A DNA stretch of 64,000 nt, from the NCBI GenBank assembly GCA_965207665.1, contig CBDBMV010000002.1, positions 2,905,704-2,969,703 on the forward strand. The letters are read 5' to 3'. Positions 1 through 7,424 of the stretch are shown here, piece by piece (within the stretch, counting starts at the first letter, position 1; each line of letters begins with the position of its first letter). The notes under the pieces are model-generated. The model did not search any database, was not told the origin of the DNA, and worked only from the letters and a program-made list of their open reading frames with translations. A program made the translations under genes and the position numbers. This DNA comes from Vicinamibacterales bacterium (GTDB lineage Bacteria > Acidobacteriota > Vicinamibacteria > Vicinamibacterales > UBA8438).

Positions 1-788
1 GTTGCTAGCCGGACCTCCGCCGACCGCGCCGCGGTCAGCACCAGAAACTCGAACGCCAGCTTGATCGCCGGCACCGTCGAGCCGTTCCGCACCTTCTCGA
101 CCGCCGCGGCCACCTCCCGGTGCGGCAGCGCCCGCATGTGCCGCACGATGTCGCCCTGCGGGCCGAGCACCGGCCCGATGCGGTCGCACGGGTTGTCCGG
201 CCGCCACTCCATCGCCACGGCCCATTCGAGCACCGTCCGCAGCCGCTGGCGTACGGCCCGGGCCGTTTCCGCCTTGCTGTGCCAGATCGGCGCCAGGATC
301 TCCAGCACGTCCGCGCTGTTGACCTCCGAGACCGGCCGCTTGCCGATGCGCGGGAACGCGTACCGCTCCAGGCTCCGTAACCAGTTGTGCGCGTGGTACT
401 TGCCGCGCCAGCCGCCCTGCTTCTGCTCTACGACGCGCTGGGCTGCTTCGGCGAAGGTGGGCACGCCCGCGACGCGCCGCTTGTCGGCAAGCGGATCGCC
501 GCCCGAGCGCGCCAGCTTGCGGTTGGCGAGCGCGACGTAGCGGGCTTCGGCGAGGGTGACCAGAGAGACGGCGCCGAGGCCCATCTCGCGGCGGCGGCCG
601 CGGATGACGAGCCGCTGGATCCAGCTGCGGGTGCCCTCGGGCTTGACGTAGAGGAACAGGCCGTTCCCGTCGGCGTGTCTGCCGGGCGGTGCGGAGCGGA
701 TGAAGGCGGCCGAGAGCGCCTTATCGGGGTGACGTCCTCGGGGCTTGGTTCGGCGGGGTTTGGGTCTAGCGACGATTACAGTTTCCAT
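1..788 (-). CDS. Tyrosine recombinase/integrase, N-terminal part (P4-like, DUF4102-type arm domain); the rest of the gene lies left of the window
   Basis: Absent from the ORF track because it runs off the edge. My reverse-strand translation from the ATG at 788-786 is open to position 1: METVIVARPKPRRTKPRGRHPDKALSAAFIRSAPPGRHADGNGLFLYVKPEGTRSWIQRLVIRGRRREMGLGAVSLVTLAEARYVALANRKLARSGGDP...WHSKAETARAVRQRLRTVLEWAV...FEFLVLTAARSAEV. The 'GLFLYV.P.G..SW..R' arm motif followed by a core-binding segment is typical of P4-type integrases. Confidence 0.8.
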   Translation of the reverse strand, partial: METVIVARPKPRRTKPRGRHPDKALSAAFIRSAPPGRHADGNGLFLYVKPEGTRSWIQRLVIRGRRREMGLGAVSLVTLAEARYVALANRKLARSGGDPLADKRRVAGVPTFAEAAQRVVEQKQGGWRGKYHAHNWLRSLERYAFPRIGKRPVSEVNSADVLEILAPIWHSKAETARAVRQRLRTVLEWAVAMEWRPDNPCDRIGPVLGPQGDIVRHMRALPHREVAAAVEKVRNGSTVPAIKLAFEFLVLTAARSAEVRLA

Positions 789-931
789 TCCCGTATTGTA
801 TGCGGGAATGGAGCGCATTTGGCAAGCCCTGCACAGCCCGTCCCGGATTCGCTGCCCGCCCGTAATCCCCTGTATACCAGACACTTACGGACGCATAGGG
901 ACAGGCTCGGACAACCAGCCTGCACTGTGCG

Positions 932-3445
932 TTATTCAGGCAGCGCGAACGCCACGATGCGCTCGTTGCCGCGCGTCTCTTCCGAGGCGCCGGCCGATAC
1001 GTTGACGGCGATGTACTGCCGGCCGTCGCTGCCTTCGTAGGTCATCGGGATCGCCTCGACGTTGTAGTCGAAGGCTACCGACCACAGCTCCTCGCCGGTG
1101 CGGGTGTCGAATGCCCGGAACCGGCGGTCCCGCGTGGCGCCGATGAACGTCAGCCCGCTGGCCGTCACCATCGGTCCGCCGACGCCGTGGTTGCCGACGC
1201 GCCGCTTGTCTTCCGGCAGGCGCTCTTCGATGCCCAGAGGAACCTCCCAGGCGATCTCGCCGCTCTGCACGTCCACCGCCAGCAACTGCGCCCACGGCGG
1301 CTTGAAGCAGCGCAGGAAACCGCGCTGCTCGCCGCTCTCATCGATATACGGCGCCACGAACGGCGGCCCGCTGACGCGGATGTACGCCACGTGGTCCGGA
1401 GTGTCCGGTCCGTAATTCGGATTCTCGTCCATCCAGCCGGTGAGCAGGCCGGGCCGGTCCCGCGTGTTGACCAGCATGTAGCCCAGCTCCGGGTCGTAGG
1501 CCGTGCCGCCCCAGTTGACCCCGCCGCCGCTGCCGGGAAAGACGAGCGACGGCGGAGTGCCCTCCGCCCGCAGGTTCAGCGGCGTGAATGGGCCCGCGTT
1601 GTAGTAGCCGACCTCATCCCAGCGCTCGCGGCACGCGGCGGCATGCGCCGCGTTCGTGTCCGCCGCCGTCACGATGTCGTCGCGGTCGATGCTGACGCGC
1701 GACAGCGGCGGCGGCTTGACCGGGAACGGCTGCGTCGGCGAGTAGTGTTCGCCCGGCACGTCGCCGGCCGGTACCGGCCGCTCCTCCACCCCGAACACCG
1801 GCTCGCCGGTGTGCCGGTTCAGGACGAACATGTACGCGGTCTTGCCCACCTGCGCGAGGGCGGGAATCAACTCGCCGTCCCGTTCCACGGTGAACAGGCC
1901 GGGCGCGGGCGGCAGGTTGTAGTCCCACAGCTCGTGGTGGATGTTCTGGAAGTGCCACTCCAGCCCGCCGGTCTCGATGTCGACCGCTATCGTCGTGTTG
2001 CCGAACAGGTTGTCGCCGGGCCGGTCGCCGCCGTAGAAGTTCGAACCCGGCCCGCTCACCGGCAGGTAGACGAGCCCGCGCTCCTCGTCCACCGTCAGCG
2101 TCACCGCCCACACGTTGTTACCGATCCGGTCACGCCAACTGTTGTTGCCCCACGTTTCGCTGCCGAAATCGGTCTCGCGCGGCATCGTCGGGAACTCCCA
2201 GAGCAGCCTGCCCGTCTTCGCGTCGAGCGCGCGGGGATAGGCGTAGGCCGGCTCTCCCCCGCCTCGCGGCTGGTCCAGGTGCGGCGCGCGGTGCACCTCC
2301 CCGGGGCCGTAGGCGTTGGAACCGAGCACCAGGATGTCGCGCGAAACGACCGGCACGCCGGCGTACGGCACGCGCAGCTCCACCTCGCCCTCGTTGCCGA
2401 ACATGGGGTCGCGCTCGCCCGTGCGCGAGTCCAGCGCGATCACCTTCCACAGCGACGTGAAGAAGATGCGCTCCCCGTGCTCGCCGCTGCCCGGCCAGTA
2501 CGTCAGGCCGCGGTACGACACCAGTCCCTCGGTGAGCTGGTGCCGCCAGATCTCCTCGCCTGTCTCCGGCCGCAGCGCCACGACCCGGTCGCCTGCCGCC
2601 AGGTACATCACCCCGTCGACCACGATGGGCGTCACCTGCTGGAACACGTCGGTCGGATCCGGACCCGTTACGATGCGATCTTCATGGTGGAAGCGGTACG
2701 ACCACGCCTCCTGCAGGTCGCCCACGTTCGCGGCGTTGATCTGGGTGAGGGTCGAATAGCGCGTCCCGGCCAGGTCGCGGTTGTAGGTCGGCCAGTCGGC
2801 GCCGGGATGGCGGCCGGATTCCTGCGCGGCGATCTCGATGCGGCGGAACTCCAGGCGGCCCCGCTCCGCCTGGATTCCGATGTGCCCGCGCAACTGCTTG
2901 ATGCTCGTCGAAGTCGTGATCAGCTCACCGTTCAGGCGCACCCACAGGTTCTCGCCCTCCGCCGTGATCTCGTAGGTGTGCCACTCCCCCGTCGGCCGGA
3001 ATGCCCGCTGCAGCGCTTCGCGGTCGAGCTCGTGCTCGAACGGCGGCGCGCCGTACGGCATCAACTGGCCCAGCGGAAAGTCGCCGGTAGCGATATCCAT
3101 GCACTGCACCTGGTAGCCGTTGTTCGGCCAGCCGTTCTCGTCGTCGTTGCTGGTGTGAGCCGTGCGGATGAAGATGCCGCTGGGCGCCTCGGGTTCGAGG
3201 AAGCGGAACTCCATGGTGAGCACGAAGTCGCCGAACGTATCGTTCGACCGCAGCCAGCCGGTGCCGCCGTTCACCTTGAGCACGCCGTCTTCCACGGAAA
3301 ACGGCCCGCCGTTGACGATCTCCCAGCCGTCCAGGTTGCGGCCGTTGAAGAGCGGCGTCGCCGGATTCGCCGGCTGCGCCAGCAACGTACTGCCGGTCGC
3401 CAGCAGCAGACACGCGAGCAGGGCCGTCGGAATGGCGATTCGCAT
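932..3445 (-). CDS. Secreted fusion protein: DUF1080 (3-keto-disaccharide hydrolase-like) domain + PQQ-dependent dehydrogenase beta-propeller
   Basis: 837-aa ORF with a signal peptide (MRIAIPTALLACLLLATGSTLLAQP). The N-terminal segment LFNGRNLDGWEIVNGG...GDFVLTMEFRF...LEFRRIEI is DUF1080-like. The following DWPTYNRDLAGTRYSTLTQINAANVGDLQEAWSY and repeated W-containing blades are typical of quinoprotein dehydrogenases. Confidence 0.85.
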   Translation of the reverse strand: MRIAIPTALLACLLLATGSTLLAQPANPATPLFNGRNLDGWEIVNGGPFSVEDGVLKVNGGTGWLRSNDTFGDFVLTMEFRFLEPEAPSGIFIRTAHTSNDDENGWPNNGYQVQCMDIATGDFPLGQLMPYGAPPFEHELDREALQRAFRPTGEWHTYEITAEGENLWVRLNGELITTSTSIKQLRGHIGIQAERGRLEFRRIEIAAQESGRHPGADWPTYNRDLAGTRYSTLTQINAANVGDLQEAWSYRFHHEDRIVTGPDPTDVFQQVTPIVVDGVMYLAAGDRVVALRPETGEEIWRHQLTEGLVSYRGLTYWPGSGEHGERIFFTSLWKVIALDSRTGERDPMFGNEGEVELRVPYAGVPVVSRDILVLGSNAYGPGEVHRAPHLDQPRGGGEPAYAYPRALDAKTGRLLWEFPTMPRETDFGSETWGNNSWRDRIGNNVWAVTLTVDEERGLVYLPVSGPGSNFYGGDRPGDNLFGNTTIAVDIETGGLEWHFQNIHHELWDYNLPPAPGLFTVERDGELIPALAQVGKTAYMFVLNRHTGEPVFGVEERPVPAGDVPGEHYSPTQPFPVKPPPLSRVSIDRDDIVTAADTNAAHAAACRERWDEVGYYNAGPFTPLNLRAEGTPPSLVFPGSGGGVNWGGTAYDPELGYMLVNTRDRPGLLTGWMDENPNYGPDTPDHVAYIRVSGPPFVAPYIDESGEQRGFLRCFKPPWAQLLAVDVQSGEIAWEVPLGIEERLPEDKRRVGNHGVGGPMVTASGLTFIGATRDRRFRAFDTRTGEELWSVAFDYNVEAIPMTYEGSDGRQYIAVNVSAGASEETRGNERIVAFALPE

Positions 3446-3630
3446 GGTTCCTCCCGTGCGGCCATTCTACGCCCCTGCCACAAGCGCGGCGCAGTTTTCG
3501 ACTGCCCGGTGTTTCGGCGGACCGCGCCGGCACTTGACAGCCGGCGGCCGGCGGTTCGTAATGGAGCGGCCGGTCAAGTGCAGCGGGCCTTTCGCCACGT
3601 GCTGCCAGGCGCGGTAGAGGTGAAGCGACG

Positions 3631-5784
3631 ATGAGAAAACTGCGGCTGGGCAACGTGGCGGTGGCGCGCGCGGCGCTGGCCTGCGCGGTGGCGGCAGGCT
3701 CCGCCCTGGTGGCGGCGGAGAACGACGGCGTCATCCGGGGCGTCGTCACGAGCGCCGACGGACCGGAAGCCGGCGTATGGGTGATTGCCGAGACCGACGA
3801 CCTGGACACCGTCTTCCGCAAGATCGTCGTCACCGGCGACGACGGGCGCTACGTTCTGCCGGAGCTGCCGGACGCCGGTTACGACGTCTGGGTGCGCGGC
3901 TACGGCCTGGTCGATTCGGAGCCCGTATCCGGGAGGCCGGATCAGCGGCTAGACCTGACCGCCGTGGTGGCGCCCACGCCGCGCGACGCCGCGCAGGTCT
4001 ATCCCTCCACCTACTGGCTGTCGCTCATCGACCTGCCGGCCGCGCACGAGTTCCCCGGCACCGGCCCGGACGGCAACGGCATCAACCCGCTGATGGGTAG
4101 CCAGGCCGAGTGGATCAACAACCTCAAGGGCTGCCAGCGCTGCCACCAGGTCGGCAGTGAGCGCACCCGGGAGATCCCGGACGTCGACGCGTTCGACTCG
4201 GCGCGCTCGGCTTGGGCCGACCGCGTGCTGCGCGGCCAGCGCGGCGCGCGCATGAACAGCTTCATCACCGGCTTCGGCCCCGAGCGCGCCCTCGACATGC
4301 TGGTGGACTGGACCGACCGGATTGCGGCGGGAGAAGCTCCCTCCGCGCCGCCCCGGCCGCGGGGCATCGAGCGCAACGTCGTCATCACGATGTGGAACTG
4401 GGGCAACAACGTCGCCTTCGTCCACGACGAGATCGCCACCGACAAGCGCAACCCGCGCGTCAACGCCAACGGCCCGCTGTACGGCGTCGACATCGGCAAC
4501 GACTTCCTGCTGGTGACCGACACGAACGAGCACCGCTCGGAGATGATCAAGATCCCGCTCCGGGAGAACGACCCGCCGGTGCCTTCGATGTTCGCGACCG
4601 AGGGCTTCAAGCCGTGGCGCGACTTCGGCGCCGAGGCGGTCTGGAACGACCCCGCCAACCCGCACAACCCGATGATCGACGCCGAGGGGCGCGTCTGGCT
4701 GACGACGCGGATACGCCACCCGGACAACCCGGACTGGTGCCGCGCCGGGTCGGACAACAAGTACGCGCAGTACTTCCCGCTCGACCGCGCCTTCCGCCAC
4801 ACCGGCTACTACGACCCGGAATCCGGAGAGTTCGAGCTGATCGGCACCTGCTACGGCACGCACCACCTGCAGTTCGCCGAAGACGAGCAGGACACGCTGT
4901 ACTTCAGCGGCGGCGGCGCCGTCATCGGCTGGCTGGACACGAAGCTGTACGACGCGACCGGCGACGAGCAGCTCTCCCAGGGCTGGTGCCCGACCGTCAT
5001 CGACACCAACGGCGACGGCGTCATCACGAAGCCGTGGAACGAGCCGCCGCCGCGCGGCAGCCGCGATCCCGCGGCGTTCGATCCGGCGCTCGACACCCGC
5101 GTCGTGGTCGGCGCCTACGGCGTCATCGCCAACCCGCTCGACGACGCGGTCTGGATCGTCTCGGACGATTTCCCGGGGCGGCTGCTGCGGCTCGACCGCG
5201 GCGACGACCCGCCCGCGAGCTGCATCAGCGAGCTGTACACCGTGCCGGTCGAGAAGGGCTACCGGACGCGCGGCCTGGACGTCGACCGCAACGGCGTGCT
5301 CTGGACCGCACTGGCCGGCAGCAGCCACTTCGCCTCGTTCGACCGGGGCAAGTGCACGGTCTTCGGCGGGCCGGAGGTGCGCGGCGGGCGGCAGTGCGAC
5401 GCCGGCTGGTCGTTCTACAAGGCGCCCGGCCCCAACTTCCGCAACACGGACATCGGGACCGACTTCCACTATTACAACTGGGTCGACCAGTTCAACACGC
5501 TCGGCCTCGGGGAGAACGTGCCGATAGCCAACGGCTCGAGCTCGGACTCGCTGCTGGCGCTCGATCCGGAGAGCGGCGAGTGGACCGTCCTGCGCGTGCC
5601 GTACCCGCTCGGCTTCCACAGCCGCGGGCTCGACGGCCGCATCGACGACCCGGACGCCGGCTGGAAGGGCCGCGGTGTCTACGCCACCTACGGCGCTGAC
5701 GCGGCGTGGCACGTGGAGGGCGGCCCCGTGGAGCCGGGCAACCTGGTCAGGTTCCAGATCCGCCCCGACCCCCTGGCGCACTGA
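3631..5784 (+). CDS. Secreted protein with a CarboxypepD_reg-like N-terminal domain and one CxxCH haem-c motif
   Basis: 717-aa ORF with a signal peptide. GVIRGVVTSADGPEAGVWVIAE...VTGDDGRYVLPELPDAGYDVWVRGYGL is a carboxypeptidase-regulatory-like fold motif. A single CQRCH is present. Confidence 0.7.
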   Translation: MRKLRLGNVAVARAALACAVAAGSALVAAENDGVIRGVVTSADGPEAGVWVIAETDDLDTVFRKIVVTGDDGRYVLPELPDAGYDVWVRGYGLVDSEPVSGRPDQRLDLTAVVAPTPRDAAQVYPSTYWLSLIDLPAAHEFPGTGPDGNGINPLMGSQAEWINNLKGCQRCHQVGSERTREIPDVDAFDSARSAWADRVLRGQRGARMNSFITGFGPERALDMLVDWTDRIAAGEAPSAPPRPRGIERNVVITMWNWGNNVAFVHDEIATDKRNPRVNANGPLYGVDIGNDFLLVTDTNEHRSEMIKIPLRENDPPVPSMFATEGFKPWRDFGAEAVWNDPANPHNPMIDAEGRVWLTTRIRHPDNPDWCRAGSDNKYAQYFPLDRAFRHTGYYDPESGEFELIGTCYGTHHLQFAEDEQDTLYFSGGGAVIGWLDTKLYDATGDEQLSQGWCPTVIDTNGDGVITKPWNEPPPRGSRDPAAFDPALDTRVVVGAYGVIANPLDDAVWIVSDDFPGRLLRLDRGDDPPASCISELYTVPVEKGYRTRGLDVDRNGVLWTALAGSSHFASFDRGKCTVFGGPEVRGGRQCDAGWSFYKAPGPNFRNTDIGTDFHYYNWVDQFNTLGLGENVPIANGSSSDSLLALDPESGEWTVLRVPYPLGFHSRGLDGRIDDPDAGWKGRGVYATYGADAAWHVEGGPVEPGNLVRFQIRPDPLAH

Positions 5785-5852
5785 AACCGGCAAGGCGCCC
5801 CGCTCACAAAGAGCGAAGAGAGAGCAACTTCGACCACAGGCGAGCGATGAGC

Positions 5853-5947
5853 AAGCCGCGCACCGCGCGGCTCGCCGGCCACGGAGTGGGGCGATGGGGC
5901 CCCGCGAGTGGCCGGCGGGGGGCTTGGGGGCGTAGCCCCCATCTAGC
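5853..5947 (+). repeat. Structured intergenic repeat, copy A (three hairpins; REP/BIME-like)
   Basis: 95 nt that align by eye with 12900-12986 and 37152-37247. Hairpins: agccgcgc/gcgcggct; cgccggccac/gtggccggcg enclosing gtgggg/ccccgc; gggggc-gta-gccccc. It lies between convergent genes, and the TAG stop of the minus-strand gene (5947-5949) overlaps the last base of the element. Confidence 0.8.
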
Positions 5948-7410
5948 TAAGCCACTATCTGCGGTATAGCCACGCCGTGGACGTCCGTGAGGCGCATGTC
6001 GCGGCCGTTGTAGCGGTAGGTCAGCCGCGTGTGATCGATGCCGAGCAGGTGCAGGATCGTCGCGTGCAGGTCGTGTGACGAGATGCGCTGCTCCACGGCC
6101 TGGTAGCCGAACTCGTCACTGGCGCCGATCACCTGCCCGCCCTGGATTCCGGCGCCGGCCATCCAGCCGGTCATCGTGCCGGGGTTGTGGTCGCGGCCCA
6201 CGCCGCGCTGCGAGATCGGCATGCGCCCGAACTCGGCGTGCCAGACGACCAGCGTGGAGTCGAGCAGGCCGCGCGCCTCCAGGTCGGTCAGCAGGCCGGC
6301 AATCGGCAGGTCCGTCTCCGCAGCGTGCAGGCTGTGGTTCTCCTTCAGGTTGCTGTGCGCGTCCCACGTATCGGTGTTCTGCTGGCCCAGTCCGCCGTGA
6401 AACAACTGCACGAACCGCACGCCGCGCTCGACCAGCCGCCGCGCCAGCAGGCATTGCCGGCCGAATGGCTCGGTGATCGCCTCGTCGAGGCCGTATAGCT
6501 TCTGCGTCGCCGCGGACTCGGCGGAGATGTCCACGGCCTCGGGCGCACAGCCCTGCATCCGGTAGGCCAGCTCGTACGACGATATCCGGGCCGCCAGCTC
6601 CGAGTTGCCGGGATTCTTCTCCAGGTCGATCGCATTCAGCCTGGCCAGCGCGTCCAGGCGCGCGCGCTGCTGCTCAGCGGTCATGCCCTCGGGCGGCTGC
6701 AGGTCGACGATCGGGTCGCCGACTGCGCGGAAAAGGGTCCCCTGGTACGTCGCCGGCATGAACCCGGCGCTCCAGTCGTTCGGCCCGCCGAGCGGACCGC
6801 CGCGGTGGTCGTTCATCACGACGTACGCCGGCAGGCTCGCGCTCTCCGAGCCGAGGCCGTAGGTGACCCACGATCCGACGGCCGGGAAGCCCATCCGGAT
6901 CTGGCCGCTCTGCATCTCGTAGGTCGCCTGGATGTGATCGTTCGACCGGCCGTACAGCGAGCGGATGAACGCCATCCCGTCGACCTTGCGGGCCAGGTGC
7001 GGAAAGATCTCCGACACGTCGATGCCGCTCTCGCCGTGCTTGCGGAACGCGAACGGACTGGGCATCAGCGGACCGGGATGCCCCTGGCGCACGACCACCG
7101 AGTCGGCCAGCGGCTGGCCGGCGTGCCGCTCCAGCGCCGGCTTCGGGTCGAACGTGTCGACCTGGCTCACGCCACCGCTCATGAAGAGCGAGATGACGGC
7201 GGTGGCGCGCGGCGCGAAGTGCGGCGGCTTCGGCGCGAACGGGTTGCCGGGAACGGGCGCGGCGCAGGTATCGGGCTGCAGCGCCGCCGCGGCCAGCAGG
7301 CCCTCGCGATGGAGCAGGTCCGCCAACGCCACGCCGGCGATGCCGCCGCCCGACTGGAACAGGAAATCGCGGCGCGACCAGATCGTCTTCCTGCGGCAGT
7401 GGTGGTGATG
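5947..7410 (-). CDS. DUF1501 domain protein (sulfatase-like fold), Tat signal
   Basis: The track ORF 5947..8535 is over-extended. A plausible start is the ATG at 7410: MAGHHHHCRRKTIWSRRDFLFQSGGGIAGVALA (twin-arginine motif). The body (TFDPKP, WDAH, FGRMP, GRDHNP) is characteristic of DUF1501. It sits directly downstream of a DUF1553 gene, the canonical pairing. Confidence 0.9.
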   Translation of the reverse strand, partial: HHHHCRRKTIWSRRDFLFQSGGGIAGVALADLLHREGLLAAAALQPDTCAAPVPGNPFAPKPPHFAPRATAVISLFMSGGVSQVDTFDPKPALERHAGQPLADSVVVRQGHPGPLMPSPFAFRKHGESGIDVSEIFPHLARKVDGMAFIRSLYGRSNDHIQATYEMQSGQIRMGFPAVGSWVTYGLGSESASLPAYVVMNDHRGGPLGGPNDWSAGFMPATYQGTLFRAVGDPIVDLQPPEGMTAEQQRARLDALARLNAIDLEKNPGNSELAARISSYELAYRMQGCAPEAVDISAESAATQKLYGLDEAITEPFGRQCLLARRLVERGVRFVQLFHGGLGQQNTDTWDAHSNLKENHSLHAAETDLPIAGLLTDLEARGLLDSTLVVWHAEFGRMPISQRGVGRDHNPGTMTGWMAGAGIQGGQVIGASDEFGYQAVEQRISSHDLHATILHLLGIDHTRLTYRYNGRDMRLTDVHGVAIPQIVA

Positions 7411-7424
7411 GCCGGCCATGCGCG

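Noticed and set aside
789-931. Possible tRNA or att site next to the integrase start
   Set aside because: There is only a partial T-loop-like string on the minus strand (gcgaatccggg). I could not build an acceptor stem or T-stem pairing or a cloverleaf.
1187-3634. Very long ORFs antisense to well-supported genes: 1187..3634(+), 7464..9917(+), 24563..26935(+), 26854..30228(+), 42862..46326(+), 55823..58279(+), 58340..60325(+), 3949..5793(-)
   Set aside because: Their translations are Arg/Ala/Gly/Pro-rich with no recognisable motifs, signal peptides or domain structure. Each lies opposite a gene with clear family motifs. Long stop-free antisense frames are expected in high-GC DNA.
7390-7410. 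His-His-His-His run at the N-terminus of the DUF1501 protein (MAGHHHHC...) as a cloning or affinity-tag artefact
   Set aside because: The run is only four His. It is embedded in a native-looking Tat signal n-region (…RRKTIWSRRDFLF) and has no vector-like flanking sequence.
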